Shown: piece after piece, positions 55,190 through 64,000 of the stretch
Position numbering within the stretch: position 1 is the stretch's first letter
Layout of the letters: every line of letters begins with the position of its first letter
Assembly: GCA_030610885.1 (NCBI GenBank)
Contig: JAUWQW010000002.1
Location: forward strand, 7,375 to 71,374
Direction of reading: 5' to 3'
Length of the DNA stretch: 64,000 nt
Origin: Candidatus Aminicenantes bacterium
GTDB lineage: Bacteria > Acidobacteriota > Aminicenantia > UBA2199
Notes under the pieces: model-generated
What the model was told of the DNA's origin: nothing
Database searches by the model: none
What the model saw: the letters and a program-made list of their open reading frames with translations, nothing else
Position numbers and translations under genes: made by a program

Positions 55190-57708
55190 ATGGAAAATCA
55201 AAAACAAGGCTACTCTTAAATTCAAGAATACTACTGAATTCTATTCTATATGTTGACTTGATTCTTATCATTTATTCTTTTTTTTATCCTTCATTGCCAA
55301 AATTACATATAATTTATTTACCAAAAAAGTTCTTAATTCTAAACCTTGCATTTATATTATTAATCTATATCATTAAATATAAAAATAAAATCATAAAATA
55401 TCTAATTAGCAAAACATTCAAAAAAAACATAAAAATTTATATTATAATTCTATTTCTGATAGTTTTAACGAGAATTCCTTTCCTCATCTATCACAACGCT
55501 TTTTTAAATTCAGACAGTTGTGTAACACTCCTTATGATTAAAAATATCTCAAAGGGAGAGAGTTTTCCTATATATTTTTATGGTCAATTATATCAAGGCT
55601 CTTTAAACAGCTATATTTCTTCTATTTTTTACTTTTTAACAAACAATTTGAAATTGTCAGTTATTATTTTCAACATCTTGTTTTTTTCTCTATTTGTTTT
55701 TCTTAGTTTATCTTTAATTAATAAGATAACAAATTCTACACAAAATTTCTACACTATTTCAATTCTATCACTTCCAATTACAATATTGCTTTTTTATTCT
55801 TTAGAATATATAAGAGGTTATGCATTAATTATATTTCTTGAAATTTTACTGGTTTTTTATGTTTATCAAATTATTTCTAATAAAAAAACCAACTTTTTTG
55901 GAGCTGGATTGACCGCAGGTATCTTGTTCTGGATATACCAGCCATCTCTTTCTATCATATCTATTTCTTTAATATCAATTGCCATATTCTCTCTTTTTCA
56001 AAAGAAAATAAAACTATTTATTAGTTCAATTTCCTGTATTCTCCTCGGTTTTATATTTGGAAATTTTGTTCATATTCTTGCTGAAATAAATAATGGATTT
56101 ATAAATACAAAGGCAATTTTTTTACCAAAAGATAACGTTAATATTTCAGCTTTTTTTAAAGGAATCCCTTTTTTTAAGATAATATATATTCCTGTAACAG
56201 ATTTAGATGCAAATATTATTATCTCAACTTTTTTATCAATACTTTTTATTTCAGGACTTTTGATTTTAATCTATCAGTTTTTAAAAGAAAAATCATTTAA
56301 ATGGCTTTTTTTGCCTTTGATTTTTTTCACAATTCTTCTTTTAACTTCTCTCTCAGGATATCCACCAACACCAAGATTTATCATTCATTATAAGTGCTAT
56401 TCTTTTTTTACTATCTTGATTATTGCTCTATCTTTCAAAAAAATAAATATATTTAACAAAAAAGGCTTTAAAATACTATTTTTGGTCTGTTTCATTATTT
56501 TTTCTATCTTTAAAACAAATGCTTCGCTTCTATTTCTAAAAAAACCGCATAAAAATAACACCAATGATATTAGATCAATAAATAAAATAAAAAATAATAT
56601 AATTGTTGGAAATTACTGGAATACTAGCAGAATCTCCCCGTTTTTAGATAAGAGTAAAATCATTACTCCTGCACCTTATTTTTTTTCAAAAAGTGGAATG
56701 TTTAAATTTTCTAAATATCATTTCAACAATCTACGGGTTGGAGATATATGGAGTAAAGAGAAAAAAACATTCATTTCTACAAGAAAAAAAGAAAAATCAA
56801 TAGATGAATTTTTAGACCATTTTGATATAAATTTTACAAAAATGACTTTACCTTCAAAAAAGTATATTCTTTACTCAAATTTTTCAAAAAAATTATCCCC
56901 ATACTTTTACTCGATTCTTACTCTGAAATTAAATACACATTTTGTAAAAACAATAGTAGATTCATATACAAATATAAAAAACACCTTCTCTAAAAAACCA
57001 GAAATTAAAATAAAGAACAATCAAGTTATCTTATCTATTGATGACTTTGTCACACGCGTTAAATCTAAAGAAGATCAAAAACCAATCAAAGACTGCAGGT
57101 TTGTATTAATTAATAAAAAATCCAGTCTAAGCTTCCCAATAACCTTAAAAAAAACAAGTTACTCTATACCGGATGGAATGGCCTTTGAAACCGGAAAATT
57201 CAAAAAGTACATTTATTTCTTAAACATCCCAATAATTTATTTAGGTGAATCTGTGATGAAATTCGATATAAACAAAGGAACAATTCTAACATCAAATTTA
57301 AGTGATTCTTTAATATTCGGTGATCCTGCAAAACGTAATAAAAATGTATTAAGAAGAGGAATTCCAATTAATAACATAAAATTTAAAATTTTAAAAGATA
57401 ATATTGATTATCTTGAGTTCGAACTATACTCTTTTTTTAATTTCGCATCAGCAATTTGGACAAACACCTATAATCAGTATATCTTTATTAATAATACTCC
57501 TTTTTATATGAAATATGGAAAAAACAATATTAAGTATAAAGTTAAGATCGGTGAAAAATTAATTTTAAACACAAAGTATAAGACTTTCTTTCGTGCAAAG
57601 GATTCTGCTGATAATATAATTTTTGTAAATACAGGTGTAATCCTTGAAAGAATCATTATTCACAGAAAGGATTCATCAATTAAAATAATCAAACCTTTTT
57701 TAAACTAA
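55186..57708 (+). CDS. large polytopic membrane protein (>=10 TM helices) with ~390-aa soluble C-terminal domain; possible polysaccharide polymerase/glycosyltransferase C-type
   Basis: Hydrophobic helices throughout aa 20-450; 4-bp overlap with the upstream gene. Confidence 0.5.
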   Translation: MNGKSKTRLLLNSRILLNSILYVDLILIIYSFFYPSLPKLHIIYLPKKFLILNLAFILLIYIIKYKNKIIKYLISKTFKKNIKIYIIILFLIVLTRIPFLIYHNAFLNSDSCVTLLMIKNISKGESFPIYFYGQLYQGSLNSYISSIFYFLTNNLKLSVIIFNILFFSLFVFLSLSLINKITNSTQNFYTISILSLPITILLFYSLEYIRGYALIIFLEILLVFYVYQIISNKKTNFFGAGLTAGILFWIYQPSLSIISISLISIAIFSLFQKKIKLFISSISCILLGFIFGNFVHILAEINNGFINTKAIFLPKDNVNISAFFKGIPFFKIIYIPVTDLDANIIISTFLSILFISGLLILIYQFLKEKSFKWLFLPLIFFTILLLTSLSGYPPTPRFIIHYKCYSFFTILIIALSFKKINIFNKKGFKILFLVCFIIFSIFKTNASLLFLKKPHKNNTNDIRSINKIKNNIIVGNYWNTSRISPFLDKSKIITPAPYFFSKSGMFKFSKYHFNNLRVGDIWSKEKKTFISTRKKEKSIDEFLDHFDINFTKMTLPSKKYILYSNFSKKLSPYFYSILTLKLNTHFVKTIVDSYTNIKNTFSKKPEIKIKNNQVILSIDDFVTRVKSKEDQKPIKDCRFVLINKKSSLSFPITLKKTSYSIPDGMAFETGKFKKYIYFLNIPIIYLGESVMKFDINKGTILTSNLSDSLIFGDPAKRNKNVLRRGIPINNIKFKILKDNIDYLEFELYSFFNFASAIWTNTYNQYIFINNTPFYMKYGKNNIKYKVKIGEKLILNTKYKTFFRAKDSADNIIFVNTGVILERIIIHRKDSSIKIIKPFLN

Positions 57709-57717
57709 TTTTATCTC

Positions 57718-59532
57718 TTATAGATATCCAAGTGATTTAAAAGCATTGATCATATCTTTATCTATTGTGACCTTTTCTCCATCTCTTTTTATATTTATTT
57801 TACCTTTTTTTACTATTATATTAAAAAGGTTTATAAATTTTTTTACCTTCATCATATTTTCAATGTATTTATTATAAAGCTCTCTTGAGTCTTTCAATAA
57901 ATCATAATATTCATATTTACTATATTCAGGAGGAGGAGGAGTAAAAAACGATTTCGTTTTATCAGTATATGGTAGATTATAAATAATCTTATTATTATTT
58001 TCAATAATTGATATTTTAAAAGGCAAAGCTGGAACATAAAAGCCATTCGTAATAGATGAGATAATTATTCTATCTTTTGATTTTCCATTTAAAACCTGAA
58101 TCAGATCCAATCCATCAACTTTTTTTATATCATAAGAAATATTATAATAATTTAAAATCGTAGGCATTATATCTATCAATGCAACTTCTTTTTCTTCATT
58201 TTTACCTCTAAATTCTTCTTTTGGAAATTTAACAATCAATGGGACTTTTATTAATTCATTATAGAGTGAATGACAATGTCCCCAACCTGAATGATCAAAG
58301 AATTCTTCCCCGTGATCAGAGATAAAGATAATCATTGAATTGGAATAAATTTTTTTCTTTTTTAAATAATTAATAAATTTACCAAACCACAAATCAAATT
58401 GCAATATTTCAGCATCATATAAATCTATATACGCATACTTCATATCTTTTGATAGTTTAGCAAATTGTTTTCTGTGGTTTGAACCTACAGTAGGGGCAGA
58501 CAAACTAGTATATTTAGGATTTTTATTGAAAACATTTAAGTGCTTTATTTCAGGATTGTAAGGACTATGAACCTGGTAAGTATGTAAAAAGTAAAATGAT
58601 CTTGGGAAATTATTATTTTCAATATCTTTGATAGCTAAATTAAATAAATTTTTTGAAGCATATGAAGATCCTTGATCATTACCAATACTTTTATAATAAT
58701 CAAATCCACGGAAAAAGCCAAATCTTGAAGAAATATAAATACCCCCATTTAAACTCCTAGTTGAAAATTGCTGAGACATCTCTTCAATTAAAAAATTAAT
58801 CCCTGAAGAAAGCATTGTCCCTCTTTTCATACCATGATTAAATTCATAAAGGGAAGTAAATAAAGACATATGAGAAGGTAATGTCCATGGTGATTGAGAA
58901 TATGCATTTTTAAACACAACGCCATCTTTTGAAAAACTATGTATATTTTTAGCTGTATTTCTCTTATATCCATATGTAGGTAGATGATCCGCCCTTAAAG
59001 TATCAGCACAAATCAAAAATACATATTGCCTTTGCTCAATCGGTTTTGTTTTATAAAAAATTGGCTCTCCTATAATTACTGCTCCATTTCCATTTATTTC
59101 AATATTTATTTTATCTTTTGCGGATAATTTTAATTTCCTTTTTATGGTCTTTTTTCCTGTTTTATAAAATCTTTTTTTTATAATCTTTATATCATTGCGA
59201 TAAACATCAATCAAAATTCTATTATCAATTTTAACAAATAGTTCAAAGTTAAAAATGAAATCACCTTTCAAATTTGGTTCAAGACTAATTTTTTGTCCTC
59301 TACCTTCCAAAACAAGAAGATCACCTTTGATCGTAAGCCCACCCGTTTGATAATATTTTGTTTGGTTAACATTAAAAGATTTTAAATTATAGGTTTTTAA
59401 TATATTGCTATTAACAGACTTAGATACGTTTAGCTCAACTCTCTTGAAATCTACTTTTTTTTTTATACAAATATAAAATATTGAAACACATATAATTAAA
59501 ATAAATAATGTTATAAATATCTTTTTTTTCAT
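57718..59532 (-). CDS. sulfatase-family (alkaline-phosphatase superfamily) membrane-anchored hydrolase/transferase
   Basis: N-terminal TM. Metal/nucleophile region LICADTLRADHL; FISDHGEEF motif. Confidence 0.7.
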   Translation of the reverse strand: MKKKIFITLFILIICVSIFYICIKKKVDFKRVELNVSKSVNSNILKTYNLKSFNVNQTKYYQTGGLTIKGDLLVLEGRGQKISLEPNLKGDFIFNFELFVKIDNRILIDVYRNDIKIIKKRFYKTGKKTIKRKLKLSAKDKINIEINGNGAVIIGEPIFYKTKPIEQRQYVFLICADTLRADHLPTYGYKRNTAKNIHSFSKDGVVFKNAYSQSPWTLPSHMSLFTSLYEFNHGMKRGTMLSSGINFLIEEMSQQFSTRSLNGGIYISSRFGFFRGFDYYKSIGNDQGSSYASKNLFNLAIKDIENNNFPRSFYFLHTYQVHSPYNPEIKHLNVFNKNPKYTSLSAPTVGSNHRKQFAKLSKDMKYAYIDLYDAEILQFDLWFGKFINYLKKKKIYSNSMIIFISDHGEEFFDHSGWGHCHSLYNELIKVPLIVKFPKEEFRGKNEEKEVALIDIMPTILNYYNISYDIKKVDGLDLIQVLNGKSKDRIIISSITNGFYVPALPFKISIIENNNKIIYNLPYTDKTKSFFTPPPPEYSKYEYYDLLKDSRELYNKYIENMMKVKKFINLFNIIVKKGKINIKRDGEKVTIDKDMINAFKSLGYL

Positions 59533-59617
59533 TTTTACTTTTATATCACAATGTCCTCAATATTGTCAATAAAAACGGACTATTGAAATAATGTATAGAT
59601 TATAATAAAATAATATT

Positions 59618-60364
59618 ATGCATGACTACGAAAAAGAAAATATAGGTGAACAGAAAAAGCTATTAGAAAAAAGGAATGGAGTCTTTAAAAAATATAAAAA
59701 TTTATTCCTTGGTGATGTTTCTCTATTATATTTTTTGAAATACGAACTTGTTATAACCCTATTTTCCTCAATCTCAGGGGCTCTGGGGTTTGCCCTGAGA
59801 AAAATGTTTTTCCCAAAATTATTAAAAAAAACTGGCAGAGGTGTGGTATTCGGAAAAAATATGACAATCAGGCATCCGAAAAAGATCGAAATAGGAGACA
59901 ATGTTGTTTTTGATGACAATACTGTAATTGATGCAAAGGGTGACAACAATAAAGGAATAAAAATTGGAAGTAATGTTGTAATAGGAAGAAATACAATAAT
60001 AAGCTGCAAAGGAGGTGATATTGAAATCGGAAACTTTTCAAACATTGGACCAAACAATTATTTGATTTCTGAAAGCCTATTAAAAATAGGTAACTATGTT
60101 TTTACAGCAGGGCAAACATATATAGTTGCAGGAGGAAACCACAGTTTTGAGAAAAGAGATATACCTATCTGGTTCCAGCCATCAGTATCAAAAGGTGGAA
60201 TAATAATTGAAGATGACATCTGGATTGGTGCTTCTTCAACAATACTTGATGGAGTTAAAATTGAAAAGGGCTCTATAATTGGTGCAGCGACTCTTGTTCA
60301 TAAAAGAATTCGCCCATATTCAATAGCACTTGGTGTTCCTGCTCAGGTTATAAAAAAGAGATAA
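59618..60364 (+). CDS. hexapeptide-repeat acyl/acetyltransferase (left-handed beta-helix)
   Basis: Repeating [LIV]G.N..[IV] hexapeptides: IEIGDNVVFDDNTVIDAKG, IKIGSNVVIGRNTII, IWIGASSTILDGVKIEKGSIIGA. Confidence 0.75.
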   Translation: MHDYEKENIGEQKKLLEKRNGVFKKYKNLFLGDVSLLYFLKYELVITLFSSISGALGFALRKMFFPKLLKKTGRGVVFGKNMTIRHPKKIEIGDNVVFDDNTVIDAKGDNNKGIKIGSNVVIGRNTIISCKGGDIEIGNFSNIGPNNYLISESLLKIGNYVFTAGQTYIVAGGNHSFEKRDIPIWFQPSVSKGGIIIEDDIWIGASSTILDGVKIEKGSIIGAATLVHKRIRPYSIALGVPAQVIKKR

Positions 60365-60392
60365 TATCAGATCTATTTTCTATTAATATAAA

Positions 60393-61181
60393 ATGAAATC
60401 CTGGCAAGAAAAACTTTTTAAAATAAGTCTTATGAAAAAAGACAAAGTACGAATAATCTCAAAACTTATAGATTTCTCAAATAAAGAGGTATTTGACCTT
60501 GGGTGCAAAGGAGGCATTGTCTCATACTATTTAAAAAAGAATGGAGGAAATTGGATTCACTCAGATCTTGACTTAGAAAATTTGTTTAATTCTAAAAAAA
60601 TATTAATTAACAACATATTCCAAACATCTGAAAGCACACTGCCTCTAAAAGACAACAAATTCGACATAGCTCTTGTCCTGGATTTTCTTGAACATGTTGA
60701 TAATGATGAAAAGATCCTTAAAGAGATTAGTCGAATATTAAAAAAGAATGGGAAGATTATAATTTCAACCCCAATAAGCGGGAATTTTTTTTCTATAAAT
60801 TGGATAAAAGTAAAATTTGGTTTAACTCCTCAAATTTATGGCCACAGAAGAGAGGGCTACAGCTTATCTAAACTGAACAAAATGCTTGAAAATAATGGTT
60901 TTAAAGTTATATATTCCTCAACCTATTCTAAGTTCTTTGTTGAATTCTTTGAAACTGCTTTGAACATAATGTATATTAAAATGAATAAAGTTAAGACAAG
61001 TAATTTAAGAAGCGGAGCAATATCTCCATCCTCTGAAAAGGATTTAAATAAAAACAGCAAACTTATGAAAATTTATTCTACTTTTATTTACCCGGTAATC
61101 TACTTAATAACAAAAATTGACAAGTTGTTATGGTTTAAAACAGGCTATGCAACATTGGTAATTGCTGATAAAAAAATGTAA
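60393..61181 (+). CDS. class I SAM-dependent methyltransferase
   Basis: Motif I VFDLGCKGG; post-I acidic LDFLEHV; ILKKNGKIIIS. Confidence 0.6.
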   Translation: MKSWQEKLFKISLMKKDKVRIISKLIDFSNKEVFDLGCKGGIVSYYLKKNGGNWIHSDLDLENLFNSKKILINNIFQTSESTLPLKDNKFDIALVLDFLEHVDNDEKILKEISRILKKNGKIIISTPISGNFFSINWIKVKFGLTPQIYGHRREGYSLSKLNKMLENNGFKVIYSSTYSKFFVEFFETALNIMYIKMNKVKTSNLRSGAISPSSEKDLNKNSKLMKIYSTFIYPVIYLITKIDKLLWFKTGYATLVIADKKM

Positions 61182-61252
61182 ACTAACAAGATCATCTTAC
61201 TATTTCTATATATATTGCTTTTTTTCAATTAAAATGATAGACTTTTTTCGCA

Positions 61253-62779
61253 ATGAAAAGAAAAAAAATTACAATAATTTTATTAATTCCTATCATAATA
61301 TTCATTTTAGGGTACTTAATTCTTAAACCTTTCTCAAATAGAGAATCTAATTATGATATACTCTGTATAGGAGATAGCATTACAACAAGCCCCTATGGGG
61401 ATTACACAAAACATCTCGCTGATTTTATTAATACAAAAGATATTAAACTAAAAGTGTATTCAGGCGCAAGACCCGGAAACACAACTGGAGAATATCTTAA
61501 ACACTTGAAAAGATCAAACTTGTTAGAAAAAACCAACCCCAATTATGTGATAGTAATGCTTGGTACAAATGATGTAAGAATAGATAGAGACAATACACCG
61601 ACCAACCAATTCTACAACAATATGAAAACAATCATAAAAATAATAAAAAATCATAAAAATCCAGATGGTTCAAAAATTATTATTTTCATAGCTACAATAC
61701 CACCCATTTTTAACATTGATTTAAATCCATTTAATGAAACATCAAAAACAAGAATTGATAAAGAAATTGTTCCTTCAATAAAGAAAATAGCAAAAGAAGA
61801 AAAAATTAATATTATAGATATATATACTTTTTTTAAAAATAAACCTGAATTACTGCCCGGAATACATCCAAATAAAGATGGATATTTATCTATAGCTAAA
61901 TTTATGTTTAAAAATATTCTTCCATATATAAAGGGGTTGGAATTATTACATAGAAACAAAGAAAAACTTCCATCCCGCTTTAAAGGAAAAATTGCATTTC
62001 AATCAAATAGAGCAGGTAATGAAGATATTTTTATTATAGACAAAGATGGAGTAAGGCAGATAACATATTCTCAAGCTAATGATGGTTACCCATCTTTTTC
62101 TCCAGATGGAAAAAATATTGTATTTAAATCAGATAGATCCGGAAAATTTGAAATCCATGTCACAGACATGAATAGAAATATAAAAAAACTATTTAAATCT
62201 CCAACTGAAGATAAAGCTCCATTCTGGACATATGATGGTAAGTACATATTCTTTTGTAGAATTGTTAAAGGAAAGGAGCAAGTATTTAAATACAGCTTAT
62301 CAACAAAAAAAATAGAGCAAATAACAAATTATAGAGGAAGAAATGCTTTGCCTGCTGTCTCTCCATCTGGTAGATATATGCTTATTACCTCTCACAGATT
62401 CATCGGATGGAATCTTTATAAAGTTGATCTCAAAACAGGTGAACATTATAAATTTGCAACAGGGTATGGTGCATGCAGAGCAAAATATTCACATTCAGGC
62501 AAATCAGTTGTTTTGGTGTCTCATGAGTTTGATAAAAAAGGAGATCTGTTTTTAACACCTCCTGACAAATTCTCACCAATAAGATTAACAATTGACTCTG
62601 AAAATGCCGACTATTTCCCTGCTTTTTCTACTGATGATAGATACATTGTTTATTCATCAGCTCCAAAAACAAAATCAAAGCATTACAATATTAAAATTAT
62701 AGAGATTTCAACAAGAAAAATCTGGGAAATCACATCATCTCAAGCTAATGACAGATTCCCATATTGGGGAAAAGATTGA
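61253..62779 (+). CDS. SGNH/GDSL hydrolase fused to a TolB-like beta-propeller
   Basis: GDSL block ILCIGDSIT, block III MLGTNDV. C-terminal repeated YPSFSPDGKNIVF / FPAFSTDDRYIVYSS PD40-type blades. Confidence 0.65.
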   Translation: MKRKKITIILLIPIIIFILGYLILKPFSNRESNYDILCIGDSITTSPYGDYTKHLADFINTKDIKLKVYSGARPGNTTGEYLKHLKRSNLLEKTNPNYVIVMLGTNDVRIDRDNTPTNQFYNNMKTIIKIIKNHKNPDGSKIIIFIATIPPIFNIDLNPFNETSKTRIDKEIVPSIKKIAKEEKINIIDIYTFFKNKPELLPGIHPNKDGYLSIAKFMFKNILPYIKGLELLHRNKEKLPSRFKGKIAFQSNRAGNEDIFIIDKDGVRQITYSQANDGYPSFSPDGKNIVFKSDRSGKFEIHVTDMNRNIKKLFKSPTEDKAPFWTYDGKYIFFCRIVKGKEQVFKYSLSTKKIEQITNYRGRNALPAVSPSGRYMLITSHRFIGWNLYKVDLKTGEHYKFATGYGACRAKYSHSGKSVVLVSHEFDKKGDLFLTPPDKFSPIRLTIDSENADYFPAFSTDDRYIVYSSAPKTKSKHYNIKIIEISTRKIWEITSSQANDRFPYWGKD

Positions 62780-63750
62780 AAAAAACATTAAGAAATATAA
62801 TTATTCCTCTTATTATTACAATAGGGATCTTATATATTTTTTTTAAGGACATCTCAATAAATGATATAAAAAAAGCCTTTTCAAACATTCCAACTACCTA
62901 TTTGTTTCTGTTTATTCTTCTATATATTATTGGAACTATTTTAAGAGCTATAAAATACAATGTACTTATATCAAAAAAACTCAAGTTTAAAGATATTTTT
63001 TTAATTACTCTGGTTAGAAATTTCTCAGTTGACCTCTTACCTGCAAGATCTGCTGCTTTGATCTTCTATTCATATTTAACAAAAAAGAAAGGGATATCAT
63101 TAGAGGAAGGAGCTTCAAGCTTTATTGTTTCTATGTTCTATGATGCATTAGCCTTATCCCTTTTATTAGGAACTATGTTCTTCTTTGTTAAAACTCAAAT
63201 GAACCAGACTGTTATATATATAGGGCTATGTTTTATTTTTATAGTTTCTATAATCATTATTTTCTTTACTGATAATATAATTAATCTGCTTCTAAAAATA
63301 AAATTAATAAAAAAAATTTCTAAACTTAAAAATATTTTAATAAATATTCATGAATATCTTATTGAACACAAAAAAAATTCAGAAAGACTATACATTTTTT
63401 TTCTGAGTTTTATAATCAGATTCATAAAGTATATCTCAGCATATATATTATTTGTAGGAATTGTTAAAATCACAGGCTCTATTCAATCTCTTTCAATGTT
63501 CAGCTTTGGGCTTGCAGGAACAGAGTTATCATCACTCCTACCCATTCAAGGACTCGGAGGCTTTGGTACATGGGAACTTGCATTCGCATTTGTTTTTAAA
63601 GTTCTTGAAATTCCCGGAAATGTGGACCCACGTTTAACAGGTATTGTCATTCATATAACAACACAGATATGGGAATATTCTATTGGGTTACTTGCTTTTC
63701 TCTATATTTCATTTGAAAGAAAAAAAAGCCAGAACAAAAAAACTATTTAA
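62764..63750 (+). CDS. flippase-like / lysylphosphatidylglycerol-synthase-TM-type polytopic membrane protein (UPF0104-like); non-ATG (TTG) start at 62764 or 62776
   Basis: No in-frame ATG near the 5' end. 8 predicted TM helices. Overlaps the stop of the upstream gene. Confidence 0.45.
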   Translation: MGKRLKKTLRNIIIPLIITIGILYIFFKDISINDIKKAFSNIPTTYLFLFILLYIIGTILRAIKYNVLISKKLKFKDIFLITLVRNFSVDLLPARSAALIFYSYLTKKKGISLEEGASSFIVSMFYDALALSLLLGTMFFFVKTQMNQTVIYIGLCFIFIVSIIIIFFTDNIINLLLKIKLIKKISKLKNILINIHEYLIEHKKNSERLYIFFLSFIIRFIKYISAYILFVGIVKITGSIQSLSMFSFGLAGTELSSLLPIQGLGGFGTWELAFAFVFKVLEIPGNVDPRLTGIVIHITTQIWEYSIGLLAFLYISFERKKSQNKKTI

Positions 63751-64000
63751 AATCTTTCAATTATTGCCGCTCAAAAATACTCTTTTCACTCTCAACTTCT
63801 TTTTCATTATGTTCAGCAGTAACTGTAACTGCGTATTCATATTTTTCAGCATCAGATTGATTTTTAAATCCTGATATAGTATGAACATATTCATAATTAT
63901 TAACTGATTCATTATAATTAACTTTAGTCAAAAATTGCCATTCATCAGCTTCATTTGCCCTAAAATACAAACTAAAATTAACTAATTTATCAAATTTATC

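Noticed and set aside
63761-63970. 69-aa minus-strand ORF at the window edge
   Set aside because: No recognisable motif, weak context, and the window ends 30 bp away so the upstream signals cannot be judged.

Overview
AT-rich bacterial chromosomal segment (taxon not assignable from sequence alone; the gene content suggests an anaerobic amino-acid fermenter). Three zones. (1) 1-24.7 kb is housekeeping: a radA 5' fragment; a six-gene minus-strand cluster glyS-glyQ-gcvPB-gcvPA-gcvH-gcvT; tRNA-His(GTG) with encoded G-1; an S46 dipeptidyl-peptidase; serC; a REC-GGDEF response regulator; carbamate kinase; indolepyruvate:ferredoxin oxidoreductase iorAB with acylphosphatase and an FmdB zinc ribbon; GT2 and GT4 glycosyltransferases. 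(2) 24.7-50.4 kb looks like an accessory/defence-type island with repeated promoter-bearing sequence modules and compositionally foreign insertions. It holds a visibly GC-richer ~4.8 kb cassette, bounded by a perfect 12-bp inverted repeat, that encodes a 1527-aa Avs-like STAND NTPase with an N-terminal Cap4/PD-(D/E)xK-like nuclease domain. Next is a two-gene operon encoding a 2-TM/TPR protein and a TIR-domain protein (Thoeris-like candidate). Then a PAS sensor, a lipoprotein, and two giant paralogous coiled-coil membrane proteins: one with a Cys-to-Ser transglutaminase-like core, one with two LamG-like and two vWA domains. Further on are a HEAT-repeat lipoprotein cassette flanked by GGGTAGATG-type repeats, a C-terminal relic of an Eco57I/PglX-type DNA methyltransferase, and a wHTH protein with an HEPN-like Rx5H motif. 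(3) 50.6-64 kb has a small HUH (IS200/RAYT-like) transposase element with perfect 25-bp inverted flanks and an older partial tandem copy, followed by a polysaccharide-modification cluster: SDR epimerase, PP-loop amidotransferase-like protein, large polytopic membrane protein, sulfatase-family enzyme, hexapeptide acetyltransferase, SAM methyltransferase, SGNH-TolB fusion and a flippase-like membrane protein. No CRISPR array, rRNA or glycine riboswitch was found. All domain calls are from motif recognition in the translations; no database searches were run.
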